Notes: generated from the letters alone by a model not told the origin. A stretch of 64,000 nucleotides of DNA from a virus (IMGVR_UViG_3300035070_003584:1-64000); one strand, 5' to 3'. Positions 19,224-29,897 are shown, counted from the first letter of the stretch. A program made the numbers and translations.

Positions 19224-19592
19224 ATGGCTGTAACAACATATATCGTGGATAAGGACGGTAATCAGATTGATGCTTCAACTGCTACCGTTCCTGCCAACCG
19301 TGACTTCCGCGGTGCGTGGAGCCTGTCAGGCAGCGTAATCTCTGAGGACATGACCAAAGCAAAAGAAATCTTCCGGGATAAAATCCGTGAAGTACGCAAG
19401 CCTCTGCTTGAAGCAAAAGACGTTGAGCTGATGAAGGCGCTTGAGACAGGCGCAAGCACAACTGACATTGCAACGGCAAAGGATGCCCTTCGTGACGCGC
19501 CCGCAGCTGCGGCTATTGAATCAGCTACCACAATTGCTGAGTTAAAAGCAGCTTGGGATACATCTGTATTGGGTGATTCTCCATACGCATAA
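19224..19592 (+). CDS. Tail fibre assembly chaperone-like protein
   Basis: FRGAW...R..R.PLL...D....ALRDAP pattern. Confidence 0.55.
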   Translation: MAVTTYIVDKDGNQIDASTATVPANRDFRGAWSLSGSVISEDMTKAKEIFRDKIREVRKPLLEAKDVELMKALETGASTTDIATAKDALRDAPAAAAIESATTIAELKAAWDTSVLGDSPYA

Positions 19593-19619
19593 ATATATTA
19601 TAATAAATGGAGTAATTTA

Positions 19620-21635
19620 ATGCCAAGCATAATAAGAGACATAGCAGATATTCTGGGTATAACCGAAGCCGCTAATCCAACAAAGGCAGTTCTTACATCT
19701 GCTGCTGATGGAAGTGGATTAGTTGTATATGCTACGCCAAATTTGTTACCAACATCAGGATTTACAGCAGGTGACCAAGCATTTGTAACTAGTAATAAAA
19801 AACTTTATATCAGTACCGCTACTGGTTGGTATGCAGTTGCTACAGCAAATCTAGATCCAGTGATCACAGATAATGGACTAGATACTGAACTTGTAACAGG
19901 TGGTAGTAATGTAGATGTCGTATTATCTGCGACTGATCCGGAAGGATTACCATTAACTTGGACATATGAAGTTACTTCTGGTTCTATAGGTGGTACCACT
20001 GTATCACAAGTTGATAATGTATTCACATTCACACCTTCTAGCAATGTAGCAGATGAAGGTACATTTAATGTTACATTTACTGCAGATGATGGTATTAATA
20101 CTAGCAATGTAGTAAAAACATTTAATTTATCAAACGATCCACCTGTGATTGGATCATATACTTCTAGTTATGATTTTGCAACTGATGGAACTCCAATTAT
20201 TTTAACATTAACTGCAACAGATCCAGAAGGTCAAGATATCACTTGGTCTTACAATGTCACATCTGGAAGTCTAGGTAGTACCGCAACTGTTTCACAGGCA
20301 GATAATGTCTTTACAATAACACCTTCAACTAATAGTAGCAATGGTGGTGAATTTACATTGACATTCATTGCCAGTGATGGAACTAATAGTGATACCGCTG
20401 CAATTGCATTTAGCCTATCTTTTGGTCCCACTGAAACCAAAATACAATCATCTGATATACAAGCAAGCGATGAATTTGGTTATTCCGTTGCTATATCTAA
20501 TGATGGTAATTATGCTATCGTTGGTGCATGGAAAGAAGCCGCTATGGGCACAGATGCCGGTGCAGCATACATCTTTGTAAGATCAGGATCCACCTGGACA
20601 CAACAACAAAAACTAGTTGGTGCCGATGGCGCTAGCGGATTGTTTGGTATTTCGGTTGCAATAGACCTTAATGGTGATACTGTTATTGTTGGCTGTCCGG
20701 GCGCTGATTCGTCCCGAGGTGCAGCTTATGTATTTACAAGATCAGGATCCACCTGGACACAACAACAAAGACTAACTCATTTCATTTCTGGTTACAATGT
20801 TAATGCACAAGCAAATGATCAATTTGGTTGGTCAGTATCAATAAGTCACTCTGGTACGCGGGCTGTTATCGGAGCACGTTATCAAGATGTTTCTTTTGCT
20901 AATGATGGTTCAGCATTTATCTTTTACCTATCCAGTGGTACTTGGTCTCCTGAGTGGAGATTAAGCAATACTGACCGACAAGCGCAGGATGAATTTGGAT
21001 ATTCAGTAGCAATAGATGGCAATGGCAGTTACGCTATTGTTGGTGCAATTCGTGAAGATACTAATGGCGATGCTGCCGGTGCAGTATATATCTTTGCAAG
21101 ATCTGGAACATCTTGGTCACAACAAGCAAAAATACAATCATCTGATATACAAATAGGTGATAAATTTGGCTCTGCAGTTTCAATCAATCAAGATGGTACT
21201 TATGCTATTATTGGCACGGGGGAAGAAGATGGCGGCGCAGGTGACCCAATATCTAATGCTGGTGCTGCTTATGTCTTTACAAGGTCTGGTTCTACTTGGA
21301 CACAACAACAAAAACTAGTATCATCTGATTTACAAGCAGGTGACCGGTTTGGTCAGTATGGAGTTTCAATTAGTTCTACTGCTAGTCATGTCATAATTGG
21401 TGCACAATATGAGGATACCGGTGGAAGTAATGCAGGTGCAGCATACATCTTTACAAGATCAGGTTCTACTTGGACCCAACAACAAAAGATACAATCATCC
21501 GATATACAAGCAGGTGATTATTTTGGTTTGTCAGCATCAATAAATTCTAATGGTACTTATTATATTATTGGTGGGCCTCGTGAAGATACGGGTGGGACTA
21601 GTGCAGGTGCAGCATACATCTATGACGCAAGTTAA
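19620..21635 (+). CDS. Tail/receptor-binding protein with two cadherin-like domains and an FG-GAP beta-propeller
   Basis: ATDPEG repeats; FG-GAP repeats; N-terminal LPTS...GDQAFV...GWY module shared with 1531. Confidence 0.8.
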   Translation: MPSIIRDIADILGITEAANPTKAVLTSAADGSGLVVYATPNLLPTSGFTAGDQAFVTSNKKLYISTATGWYAVATANLDPVITDNGLDTELVTGGSNVDVVLSATDPEGLPLTWTYEVTSGSIGGTTVSQVDNVFTFTPSSNVADEGTFNVTFTADDGINTSNVVKTFNLSNDPPVIGSYTSSYDFATDGTPIILTLTATDPEGQDITWSYNVTSGSLGSTATVSQADNVFTITPSTNSSNGGEFTLTFIASDGTNSDTAAIAFSLSFGPTETKIQSSDIQASDEFGYSVAISNDGNYAIVGAWKEAAMGTDAGAAYIFVRSGSTWTQQQKLVGADGASGLFGISVAIDLNGDTVIVGCPGADSSRGAAYVFTRSGSTWTQQQRLTHFISGYNVNAQANDQFGWSVSISHSGTRAVIGARYQDVSFANDGSAFIFYLSSGTWSPEWRLSNTDRQAQDEFGYSVAIDGNGSYAIVGAIREDTNGDAAGAVYIFARSGTSWSQQAKIQSSDIQIGDKFGSAVSINQDGTYAIIGTGEEDGGAGDPISNAGAAYVFTRSGSTWTQQQKLVSSDLQAGDRFGQYGVSISSTASHVIIGAQYEDTGGSNAGAAYIFTRSGSTWTQQQKIQSSDIQAGDYFGLSASINSNGTYYIIGGPREDTGGTSAGAAYIYDAS

Positions 21636-21652
21636 TAAGATTATCTTAACAG

Positions 21653-21681
21653 TTTACTTTTGCCCATCTTTATGATATAAT
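21653..21681 (+). promoter_or_regulatory. Sigma70-type promoter
   Basis: TTTACT-N17-TATAAT. Confidence 0.7.
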
Positions 21682-21705
21682 ATATAATAATGAATGGAGT
21701 ATATT

Positions 21706-22152
21706 ATGATTGACTTGAAAAGTATCCACGAAATGTGGGCAAAAGATTGTGCTATTGATACCAATGAACTTGATAAATCTTCTCGAGAACAACCAATCCT
21801 ACATGCAAAATACCTAGAGCTTTTATCAACATATAAGCTTCAATTAAAGCGCGCAGAGTTTGCACAGAAATCCCTCTTAAAAGATAAATGGCTCTGGTAT
21901 AATGGTAAGATGGATCATGCCGAAATAATTGAAAAAGGTTGGAATCCAGATCCCTTTAATGGACTGAAAGTTCTGAAAGGTGAAATGGAGTACTATTACG
22001 ATAGCGACCCAGAAATTCAGAGATCCGAGGAAAAAATAGAATATTATAAGAATGTTATAGATACACTAGAGAATATTATCAATAATATCAATTGGCGACA
22101 CCAAACCATTTCGAATATTATAAAATGGAAGCAGTTTGAGGCTGGTTTTTAA
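21706..22152 (+). CDS. uvsY: Recombination mediator UvsY
   Basis: LHAKYL, YYDSD, I.NIIKWKQFEAG; precedes uvsW. Confidence 0.88.
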   Translation: MIDLKSIHEMWAKDCAIDTNELDKSSREQPILHAKYLELLSTYKLQLKRAEFAQKSLLKDKWLWYNGKMDHAEIIEKGWNPDPFNGLKVLKGEMEYYYDSDPEIQRSEEKIEYYKNVIDTLENIINNINWRHQTISNIIKWKQFEAGF

Positions 22153-22196
22153 AAATGCCGATTGTTGCGTAAAGTTAAGGTAACCATAAACTAAAA

Positions 22197-23675
22197 ATGG
22201 AAACAATCAAAGTAACGAAGATTAATCATGCTAATCTTCATATACAATGTGAGAGTGGTACTGCCCAGGAATTAAATGAATTCTTTTCATTTTATGTACC
22301 CGGATATAAATTTATGCCGGCTTTTCGCAATAGGATGTGGGATGGAAAGATTCGATTGTTCACAGTTATGTCAGGCGAATTGCCAGCCGGACTTTATGAA
22401 CACCTCTTACAATTTGCCGAACAAAGAGAATACGAAGTAGAGACCATCCAATCTGCATATGGTAAACCAGACGATTATAATAAATTTGACATAAAAGAAC
22501 TTTATGATTATATCTTAACCCTAGGCATGCCATATGAGATTAGAGACTATCAGTTTGATGCAGTATCAACTGGTATCCATAGAAAACGTGGCATTCTCTT
22601 ATCACCAACCGGCTCTGGTAAATCTCTTATCATTTATGCTCTGATGAGATGGTATTTGGAAAACTATGATAAGATGGTACTTGTGATTGTACCTACGACA
22701 TCATTGGTTGAGCAGATGTACGGCGATTTTAAAGACTACGGTTATGATGTCGATAATGAAGTCCATAGAATCTATTCTGGTAAAGATAAGACAACAATGA
22801 AACGAGTTGTTGTATCGACTTGGCAATCCATCTATAAGCTACCAAGAGCATGGTTTTCACATTTTGGTATGGTTATTGGTGATGAGTGCCATGGCTTTAA
22901 GTCAAAATCACTAATGTCGATTATGAATAAAGCATCAGAAGCAGAGTATCGTTTTGGTACAACCGGTACACTCGATGGAGCTCAAACTCATGAACTAGTA
23001 CTTCAAGGTTTGTTTGGTAAAATATATCGTGTCACCACAACAAAATCCTTACAAGATAATAATACTCTAGCTCAATTAAAAATTAAACGAATTGTTCTTA
23101 CATATGCAGACAGTGTGCGAAAAGAATTTGGTAAAAGAACCTATCAGGATGAAATTGACTTTATTGTAACAAATGAATACCGAAATAAGTTTATAAGAAA
23201 TCTCGCGCTAGATCTAAACGGTAATACTTTGATCCTATATAACTATGTAGAAAAACATGGTAAACCTTTATTTAATCTAATCGAGGATGGTGCACATGAA
23301 GATCGCAAAGTATTTTTTGTATCTGGTGAGGTCGATACCTCCGACAGAGAAGCAATACGAGGAATTGTGGAAAAAAGCAAAAACGCAATCATTGTGGCTT
23401 CATTAGGTACGTTCTCAACAGGGATAAATATTAGGAACTTGCATAATATTATCTTTGCTTCGCCTAGTAAATCACAGATTAGAGTGTTACAGAGTATTGG
23501 TAGAGGCTTAAGAAAATCAGATAACAATGAAGCAACAACGTTGTATGATATATCAGATGATATAAGTTGGTTACAGAGAAAAAATTATTCATTATTGCAT
23601 TCCTTTGAAAGGCTTAAAATGTACCAAAAAGAACAATTCGAATATAAAACCATTAAGCTAGAGATTAAATCATGA
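22197..23675 (+). CDS. uvsW: DNA helicase UvsW
   Basis: WDGKIRLF, SPTGSGKS, DECH, LQSIGRGLR. Confidence 0.96.
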   Translation: METIKVTKINHANLHIQCESGTAQELNEFFSFYVPGYKFMPAFRNRMWDGKIRLFTVMSGELPAGLYEHLLQFAEQREYEVETIQSAYGKPDDYNKFDIKELYDYILTLGMPYEIRDYQFDAVSTGIHRKRGILLSPTGSGKSLIIYALMRWYLENYDKMVLVIVPTTSLVEQMYGDFKDYGYDVDNEVHRIYSGKDKTTMKRVVVSTWQSIYKLPRAWFSHFGMVIGDECHGFKSKSLMSIMNKASEAEYRFGTTGTLDGAQTHELVLQGLFGKIYRVTTTKSLQDNNTLAQLKIKRIVLTYADSVRKEFGKRTYQDEIDFIVTNEYRNKFIRNLALDLNGNTLILYNYVEKHGKPLFNLIEDGAHEDRKVFFVSGEVDTSDREAIRGIVEKSKNAIIVASLGTFSTGINIRNLHNIIFASPSKSQIRVLQSIGRGLRKSDNNEATTLYDISDDISWLQRKNYSLLHSFERLKMYQKEQFEYKTIKLEIKS

Positions 23676-24157
23676 ATGGCTCTTTTAGACAATTTAAATT
23701 AACTAATGGTGATGAAATGGTCTGTGAACTAATTGATGCAGATGAAGAAATTGCTGATATTATTGTTCGTCGTGCAATGAAAATTGTAACAACAGACGAT
23801 CTGGAAGATAATGTAAGATATTACACATTAAAGCCTTGGATTTCATTCCAGGATGATTCGACTGATTTGGTATCATTAAATTCTGTACACATTATTAGTG
23901 AGTCAACACCATCGGCTACTATGATGGAACATTATGCAAAGGCATTGGCTGATGTTGATAAGTATAATGCAATTAAAGCGGCCGGGGTTTCTATTAATGA
24001 TATCCATGATAAGATGTTAGAATTATCTGAGGAAGAAATGGAAAAATTTCTATCCCAAAAGTATGAAGAAATCAACGGGCCAGAACTAACCCAACAACAA
24101 GATTCTTCTGATGTCGGTAATATTATCAGATTTAACCCAAAAGGCACAGTTCATTAA
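23672..24157 (+). CDS. Conserved T4-like hypothetical protein (Sm-like fold likely)
   Basis: FKLTNGDEMVC N-terminus; position between uvsW and gene 55. Confidence 0.55.
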   Translation: MNGSFRQFKLTNGDEMVCELIDADEEIADIIVRRAMKIVTTDDLEDNVRYYTLKPWISFQDDSTDLVSLNSVHIISESTPSATMMEHYAKALADVDKYNAIKAAGVSINDIHDKMLELSEEEMEKFLSQKYEEINGPELTQQQDSSDVGNIIRFNPKGTVH

Positions 24158-24192
24158 ATCTACTATTCCACCCTCCGGAAAACCATAGGTTT

Positions 24193-24229
24193 ATTATAAC
24201 ACGTCTGGCTACTTTGTAAACCCCTAAAA
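24193..24229 (-). promoter_or_regulatory. Leftward (antisense) sigma70-type promoter
   Basis: Reverse complement TTTTAGGGGTTTACA-N16-TATAAT with extended -10 TG. Confidence 0.65.
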
Positions 24230-24265
24230 TAAATTAAATTTAGTTTTTAATTCAATATTTTTATG

Positions 24266-24294
24266 TTTACAAGAACAACAATTTATTATATAAT
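24266..24294 (+). promoter_or_regulatory. Sigma70-type promoter for gene 55
   Basis: TTTACA-N17-TATAAT. Confidence 0.75.
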
Positions 24295-24317
24295 AGTACA
24301 TAATTAAAGGAGGCGAC

Positions 24318-24914
24318 ATGGCACGTTCAAAAAGAGCTAGCATACATTACGTTAATAACGCCGAGTTCTCTCAAGCTGTAGTAGAATATGTTACAGTAGT
24401 CCAAGAGGCCAAAAAACAAGATCAAAAACTTCCAGTCGTACCTGACTATATTGCTCAGTGTTTCTTACGAATCGCTGAAGGTTTGTCTCACAAATCTAAT
24501 TTTATTCGCTATACATATCGCGAAGAGATGGTTATGGATGCAGTTGAAAATTGTCTAAAGGCTATTGAAAACTATAACATTGAAGCAGCAACAAGAACAG
24601 GTAAACCAAATGCTTTTGCTTATTTCACTCAAATTACTTGGTACGCATTTTTACGGCGTATTGCAAAAGAGAAAAAGCAACAAGATATTAAACTTAAATA
24701 CTTAACAAAATCTGGCATCGAAAACTTTATGGTCAATGAACACGGTGATGATATGACCAACCAAGTTGCAGGTGCATTTATTGACACACTGCGCGGTCGT
24801 ATTGAAAAAGTAAGACACGTTGATGCAGAAGTAAAAGAACTAGTACAAGAAGAAAAGAAAAAGCGTAAAAGAATCTCTAAAGGTGATTCAGATTTATCGG
24901 ACTTTTTATCATGA
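24318..24914 (+). CDS. gp55: Late sigma factor gp55
   Basis: HYVNN, NFIRYTYREEMVMDAVENCL, NAFAYFTQI..YAFLRRI.KEKKQ. Confidence 0.96.
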   Translation: MARSKRASIHYVNNAEFSQAVVEYVTVVQEAKKQDQKLPVVPDYIAQCFLRIAEGLSHKSNFIRYTYREEMVMDAVENCLKAIENYNIEAATRTGKPNAFAYFTQITWYAFLRRIAKEKKQQDIKLKYLTKSGIENFMVNEHGDDMTNQVAGAFIDTLRGRIEKVRHVDAEVKELVQEEKKKRKRISKGDSDLSDFLS

Positions 24915-25972
24915 AAATTGCAGTATTAAATGACACACATTGTGGTATTCGTAACTCTTCCGAAATCTTTCTCAACAATGCAGCAAAGTTTTATTCAGAA
25001 GTCTTTTTTCCTTACTGTCAAGAGAATGGGGTTGAACAAATCCTACACCTCGGGGATTATTATGACCACCGTAAATTTGTAAACTTTAAAGCACTTAATC
25101 ATAATCGTAAACATTTTCTAGATCCCATGCGTAAGTATGGTATGAAAATGGATATTATTCCTGGTAACCATGATACGTATTACAAAAATACAAATGATCT
25201 AAATTCTCTTAAGGAATGTCTAGGTCATTATATGAACGAAATTCATATTGTTATGGAGCCAACTGTAATGGAATATGGTTCTCTAAAAATGGCACTCCTC
25301 CCTTGGATTAATCCAGAGAACTATGATTCATCAATGAAGTTCATTCAAGATTGTAAAGCCGATTGGTTAGGCGCACATCTTGAATTGAACGGATTTGAAA
25401 TGATGCGAGGTATTAAGAATACACATGGTATGTCTGCCGAACTATTTAAAAAGTTTGAAATGGTTCTTACAGGTCACTTCCATTGTGCCTCAAAACAAGA
25501 TAATATTTGGTATCTAGGCTCTCAGATGGAATTTTTCTGGTCTGATTGTGATGATCCAAAGTATTTTCATGTAATTGATACAGAGACACGTGAGGTAGAA
25601 AAAATCAGAAATCCTCACACTTTGTTCAAAAAAGTTGTTTACAATGACGACAAAATGGATTATAATAACTATAATATTGATGATTTCGATGGCAAATTGG
25701 TAAAAGTTGTTGTCATCAACAAATCGGATATATTTGGTTTTGATAGATTTATTGATAGGATCCAGAGTAAAAAGATTGTGGATCTTAAAATTGCAGAGAA
25801 CTTTCAGGAATTTGCTGGTGAAAACATTGAAGATGAAAAGATTAACTTTGATGACACCCAGGAAATTGTTGATTCATACATCGATGCAGTTGACACTGAT
25901 CTAGATAAAGATAAAATTAAAATCCAAGTACGTGAACTTATGACAGAAGCACAGGCTCTAGAATTTGCATGA
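24911..25972 (+). CDS. gp47: Recombination endonuclease gp47 (Mre11/SbcD-like)
   Basis: DTH, LGD, GNHD, GHFH phosphoesterase motifs. Confidence 0.95.
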   Translation: MKIAVLNDTHCGIRNSSEIFLNNAAKFYSEVFFPYCQENGVEQILHLGDYYDHRKFVNFKALNHNRKHFLDPMRKYGMKMDIIPGNHDTYYKNTNDLNSLKECLGHYMNEIHIVMEPTVMEYGSLKMALLPWINPENYDSSMKFIQDCKADWLGAHLELNGFEMMRGIKNTHGMSAELFKKFEMVLTGHFHCASKQDNIWYLGSQMEFFWSDCDDPKYFHVIDTETREVEKIRNPHTLFKKVVYNDDKMDYNNYNIDDFDGKLVKVVVINKSDIFGFDRFIDRIQSKKIVDLKIAENFQEFAGENIEDEKINFDDTQEIVDSYIDAVDTDLDKDKIKIQVRELMTEAQALEFA

Positions 25973-27708
25973 TTATATTCGGAAAATTGAGATACAAAAA
26001 CTTCCTTTCATCAGGAAATACATTTACCGAAATACAATTAGATAGATCTAAATCTACTTTAGTTGTCGGACAAAATGGTGCTGGTAAATCCACAATGTTG
26101 GATGCCATATCGTTTGGTCTTTTTGGTAAGGCCCACAGAAACATTAATAAAACTCAACTGGTCAACTCAATTAATAATAAAGGTTGTCTGGTTGAGGTTG
26201 AATTTGCTATCGGTGGTAATCAATTTAAAGTCTGCCGCGGCATTAAACCTGGCATCTTTGAAATTTGGAAAAATGGTACGATGATTAACCAATCATCTCA
26301 TGCCAAAGAATATCAAAAGATTCTGGAACAAAATATTCTAAAATTAAATCATAAATCTTTTCATCAAGTAGTTGTGTTGGGTAGTTCTTCATTCGTCCCA
26401 TTTATGCAATTACCTAGTGGTCACAGACGCGAAGTGATCGAAGATTTACTTGATATCAATGTGTTCTCTAAGATGAATATTCTCTTACGTGAAAGAAATA
26501 CTCAACTTAAAGATAAGATTACAGGTATTAATTATGATATTGATATTGTAAAAACAAAAATTGATGCTCAGAGAAAATACATTAGAGATATTAATGATTT
26601 GATTGGTCAGAATATCTCTAAGAAAAAAGATGATATTGCTAAATTTCAATTAGAAATCTCTGATCTTCAGAGTGCAAATGCAAAATACTCTTCATTTAAT
26701 GAGACAAAACAAAAACCAATTGAAGATGAATTGGCTAGTCTCAATGATAAGAAACAAGCACTTCTGCAATATACTGCACAATTTAAGCAGCAAATGGCTA
26801 CGGTGGCAAAAGATGCAAAATTTTATGAAACCAATGAGGAATGCCCAACATGTTCCCAGGATATTAGTCCTGAACTTAGAGAAGAAAAACTCACGTTTGC
26901 CAAAGGTAAAGCAAAAGAACTTAAATCGGCAATGGATAGGGCGATTATCGAGTCAACTTCTATTGAAGAGAGTATTGGCCGGGCAAATGATGCTTTCTCA
27001 ATCATCCGGGAAAACCAATCTCACATTCATTCTAACAATCAAGCGATCAGTCGGTTACAGACACATATTCAGTCTCTTGAAAGCGATTTGACTGGACCTG
27101 AATCAACTGACTTGGAAAAAGCAAAGGATGATCTTTCTGAATTTGAGGATAATAAATCAAATTCATTGGAACAGAAAATGAAATATTCTGAGGAATATAG
27201 TTATAATGCAGTTATTGTTGAGATGCTAAAAGATACTGGTATTAAAACAAAAATCATTAAACAATATTTGCCTGTGATGAATAAATTAGTGAATCAGTAT
27301 CTACAGATCTTGGACTTTTTTGTGCACTTCCATTTGGATGAATCATTCCAAGAAGTAATTAGATCACGGCATAGAGATGAGTTTAGTTATGATTCATTTA
27401 GTGAAGGTGAGAAACAAAGGATTGACCTAGCACTACTCTTTACTTGGAGACAAGTTGCAAAGATGAAGAACTCTGTTGCAACAAACCTACTAATCCTTGA
27501 TGAGACCTTTGACTCATCTCTGGATCACGATGGTGTTGAAAATCTATTAAAGATTCTATATACACTCAATGATGACACAAACGTATTTGTCATTTCGCAT
27601 AAGGGTGAAATCCTTGATGGTAAATTTAATAATAAAATAGAATTTATTAAGGAAAAAAACTTTAGCCGAATGAAAATGGGTTTACAAGCCAATGAACTTG
27701 TGTTATAA
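25969..27708 (+). CDS. gp46: Recombination ATPase gp46 (Rad50/SbcC-like)
   Basis: GQNGAGKST, CPTC zinc hook, FSEGE, LILDE. Confidence 0.96.
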   Translation: MIIFGKLRYKNFLSSGNTFTEIQLDRSKSTLVVGQNGAGKSTMLDAISFGLFGKAHRNINKTQLVNSINNKGCLVEVEFAIGGNQFKVCRGIKPGIFEIWKNGTMINQSSHAKEYQKILEQNILKLNHKSFHQVVVLGSSSFVPFMQLPSGHRREVIEDLLDINVFSKMNILLRERNTQLKDKITGINYDIDIVKTKIDAQRKYIRDINDLIGQNISKKKDDIAKFQLEISDLQSANAKYSSFNETKQKPIEDELASLNDKKQALLQYTAQFKQQMATVAKDAKFYETNEECPTCSQDISPELREEKLTFAKGKAKELKSAMDRAIIESTSIEESIGRANDAFSIIRENQSHIHSNNQAISRLQTHIQSLESDLTGPESTDLEKAKDDLSEFEDNKSNSLEQKMKYSEEYSYNAVIVEMLKDTGIKTKIIKQYLPVMNKLVNQYLQILDFFVHFHLDESFQEVIRSRHRDEFSYDSFSEGEKQRIDLALLFTWRQVAKMKNSVATNLLILDETFDSSLDHDGVENLLKILYTLNDDTNVFVISHKGEILDGKFNNKIEFIKEKNFSRMKMGLQANELVL

Positions 27709-27709
27709 T
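27681..27709 (+). promoter_or_regulatory. Sigma70-type promoter for gene 45
   Basis: TTTACA-N17-TATAAT. Confidence 0.72.
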
Positions 27710-27738
27710 ATACATAATAAATCTTTTGGAGAAATAAT

Positions 27739-28413
27739 ATGGAACTAAGTGAAAACACCCTTGACGTCCTGAAAAACTTTTCTGGTATCAATCAGAACAT
27801 GATGATTAAACAGGGCAATACAATTAAAACAATTTCAGAGGCTCGTAACGTATTGGCAACTGCCACTGTTGCCGAAGAGTTTCCTCAAAATATAGGCATC
27901 TATGATCTTAACGAGTTCATTGGTGTACTTGGTCTAGTCGATGGTCCTAGGCTAAAATTTGCAGATGAATATGTTACTGTTTCAGATTCAACTGGCCGAT
28001 CAAAAGTTAAGTACTTCTTCTCACCAGAAGAGACATTGACTGCCCCATCTAAAGATATTAACATGCCGGAAACGGAAGTTAAATTTGTTCTTACTACTGA
28101 AACACTGAACAAGATCAAAAGAGCCGCATCCACTCTTGGTCATGATGAAGTGTCGATCACTGGTAAGGATGGTGCTATTAACCTATCAGTAGTTGATAGC
28201 CAAAACTCAACCTCGAATGCATTTTCGATCGACATTGAGGGTGAGTTCCCCGAGACAAACTTTAAGTTTATCCTTGGTATTTCTAATCTTAAAATCCTTA
28301 CAGGTGATTATGATGTTGAAATCTCATCCAAGCTTATTAGTTGTTTCAAACATAAAGACGTTAACGTAAAATATTGGATTGCCCTAGAAAAGACATCTAC
28401 CTTCGGAGGATAA
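27739..28413 (+). CDS. gp45: Sliding clamp gp45
   Basis: LKNFSGINQ, IYDLNEF, YWIALE. Confidence 0.95.
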   Translation: MELSENTLDVLKNFSGINQNMMIKQGNTIKTISEARNVLATATVAEEFPQNIGIYDLNEFIGVLGLVDGPRLKFADEYVTVSDSTGRSKVKYFFSPEETLTAPSKDINMPETEVKFVLTTETLNKIKRAASTLGHDEVSITGKDGAINLSVVDSQNSTSNAFSIDIEGEFPETNFKFILGISNLKILTGDYDVEISSKLISCFKHKDVNVKYWIALEKTSTFGG

Positions 28414-28416
28414 ATT

Positions 28417-28623
28417 ATGTCAGAACCAGATAAGTATGATCACCTTTGTACACTTGCCAATCAAGTGTCACGTTCAACAGTAGCAGTCATTGATGCTATG
28501 TCACAACGTGGTGCCGTAAAAGGTGAGGAAATGTCAACCCTTGGTAAACTACGCGATGATGCCGTACAAGTTATCCAAGTTGTTGAGAACATCCAACAAG
28601 AAAAAGCAATGGAAGAAGAATAA
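28417..28623 (+). CDS. Hypothetical protein
   Basis: ORF with RBS; IDAMSQRGAVKGEE motif. Confidence 0.6.
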   Translation: MSEPDKYDHLCTLANQVSRSTVAVIDAMSQRGAVKGEEMSTLGKLRDDAVQVIQVVENIQQEKAMEEE

Positions 28624-28627
28624 GGTA

Positions 28628-28656
28628 TTTACATGCCTGTAAATATGTGATATAAT
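28628..28656 (+). promoter_or_regulatory. Sigma70-type promoter for gene 44
   Basis: TTTACA-N17-TATAAT. Confidence 0.72.
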
Positions 28657-28681
28657 TAATTTTTGTTATGAAGGACTATAA

Positions 28682-29623
28682 ATGTCTAATGATTTTCTCT
28701 GGGTCGAAAAATATCGGCCGCGTACCATTGCTGATGCCATCCTACCAGATGGTCTAAAACAAACTTTCCAAAAGATCATTGATACCGGTGAATTGCCAAA
28801 TATGCTTTTCACCGGTACTGCTGGCCTAGGTAAAACTACCGTGGCTCGTGCTCTATGTAATGAGCTTGATCTGGACCATATTGTAATTAATGGTTCTGAG
28901 GAAGGTAATATTGACACACTACGGACTAAGATTAAACAATTTGCTTCTACTGTTTCACTGCAAGGTGGTTACAAAGTAGTTATTCTCGATGAGGCTGATT
29001 ATCTAAACCCACAATCATTTCAACCGGCCTTGCGTGGCTTTATCGAAGAGTTTGCAAATAACTGCCGATTTATTCTTACATGTAATTTTAAAAATCGTAT
29101 CATCGAACCTTTGCATTCTCGGTGTGGTGTATATGAATTTAATACAACTAAAAAAGACATGGCTCAACTTATGTCTAACTTTATGGATCGTGTAACTGCT
29201 ATCCTTGAGGCAGAAAAAGTTGAATGTGATAAAAAAATCCTTGCACAACTTATCATGAAATTTGCACCAGATTGGCGTAGAGTTTTAAATGAGTTACAAA
29301 GATATAGTATCGGTTCAAGTAGCATTGATTCAGGTATTCTAGTAAATATCTCTGATAAAAACTATGATGATCTATTCGTCTATCTAAAATCAAAAGACTT
29401 TAAAAAAATGCGCGGTTGGGTTGTCAATAATATTGATACAGATGCTTCTGCTATCTTTAGAGCAATGTATGATCGAATGAGTGATAAGGTTGAACCACAA
29501 TCAATTCCTCAATTGGTTCTCATTCTTGCAGACTACCAATATAAAAATGCCTTTGTTGCAGATCATGAATTAAATGTTGTTGCATGTCTTACGGAGGTAA
29601 TGGCCAATGTCCAATTCAATTAG
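28682..29623 (+). CDS. gp44: Clamp loader large subunit gp44
   Basis: LWVEKYRP, GTAGLGKTT, ILDEAD, SRC. Confidence 0.96.
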   Translation: MSNDFLWVEKYRPRTIADAILPDGLKQTFQKIIDTGELPNMLFTGTAGLGKTTVARALCNELDLDHIVINGSEEGNIDTLRTKIKQFASTVSLQGGYKVVILDEADYLNPQSFQPALRGFIEEFANNCRFILTCNFKNRIIEPLHSRCGVYEFNTTKKDMAQLMSNFMDRVTAILEAEKVECDKKILAQLIMKFAPDWRRVLNELQRYSIGSSSIDSGILVNISDKNYDDLFVYLKSKDFKKMRGWVVNNIDTDASAIFRAMYDRMSDKVEPQSIPQLVLILADYQYKNAFVADHELNVVACLTEVMANVQFN

Positions 29624-29897
29624 ATTAACACTTTATACTCAAACAAATTGTGTATTTTGTGAGATCATGAAATCTAAACTTGATGATTGGGGTTACAAAT
29701 ATGATGTAGTCAATATCCAAATTCGTACTGAAGCAAAAGCTTTTATGAAAATTGCTGGCCATAAAACTGTACCTCAACTCTACTGGAATAAAGTTCATTT
29801 GAATAAAGTTGATACAGATGACTTTACCAAGGAAATCCTAGAAGATCAATTGGATCTAGACAACTATGCTGGTGGGGTAGAATACTTTGGCAGATAA
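29607..29897 (+). CDS. Glutaredoxin/NrdH-like protein
   Basis: CVFC and TVPQ motifs. Confidence 0.85.
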   Translation: MSNSIRLTLYTQTNCVFCEIMKSKLDDWGYKYDVVNIQIRTEAKAFMKIAGHKTVPQLYWNKVHLNKVDTDDFTKEILEDQLDLDNYAGGVEYFGR

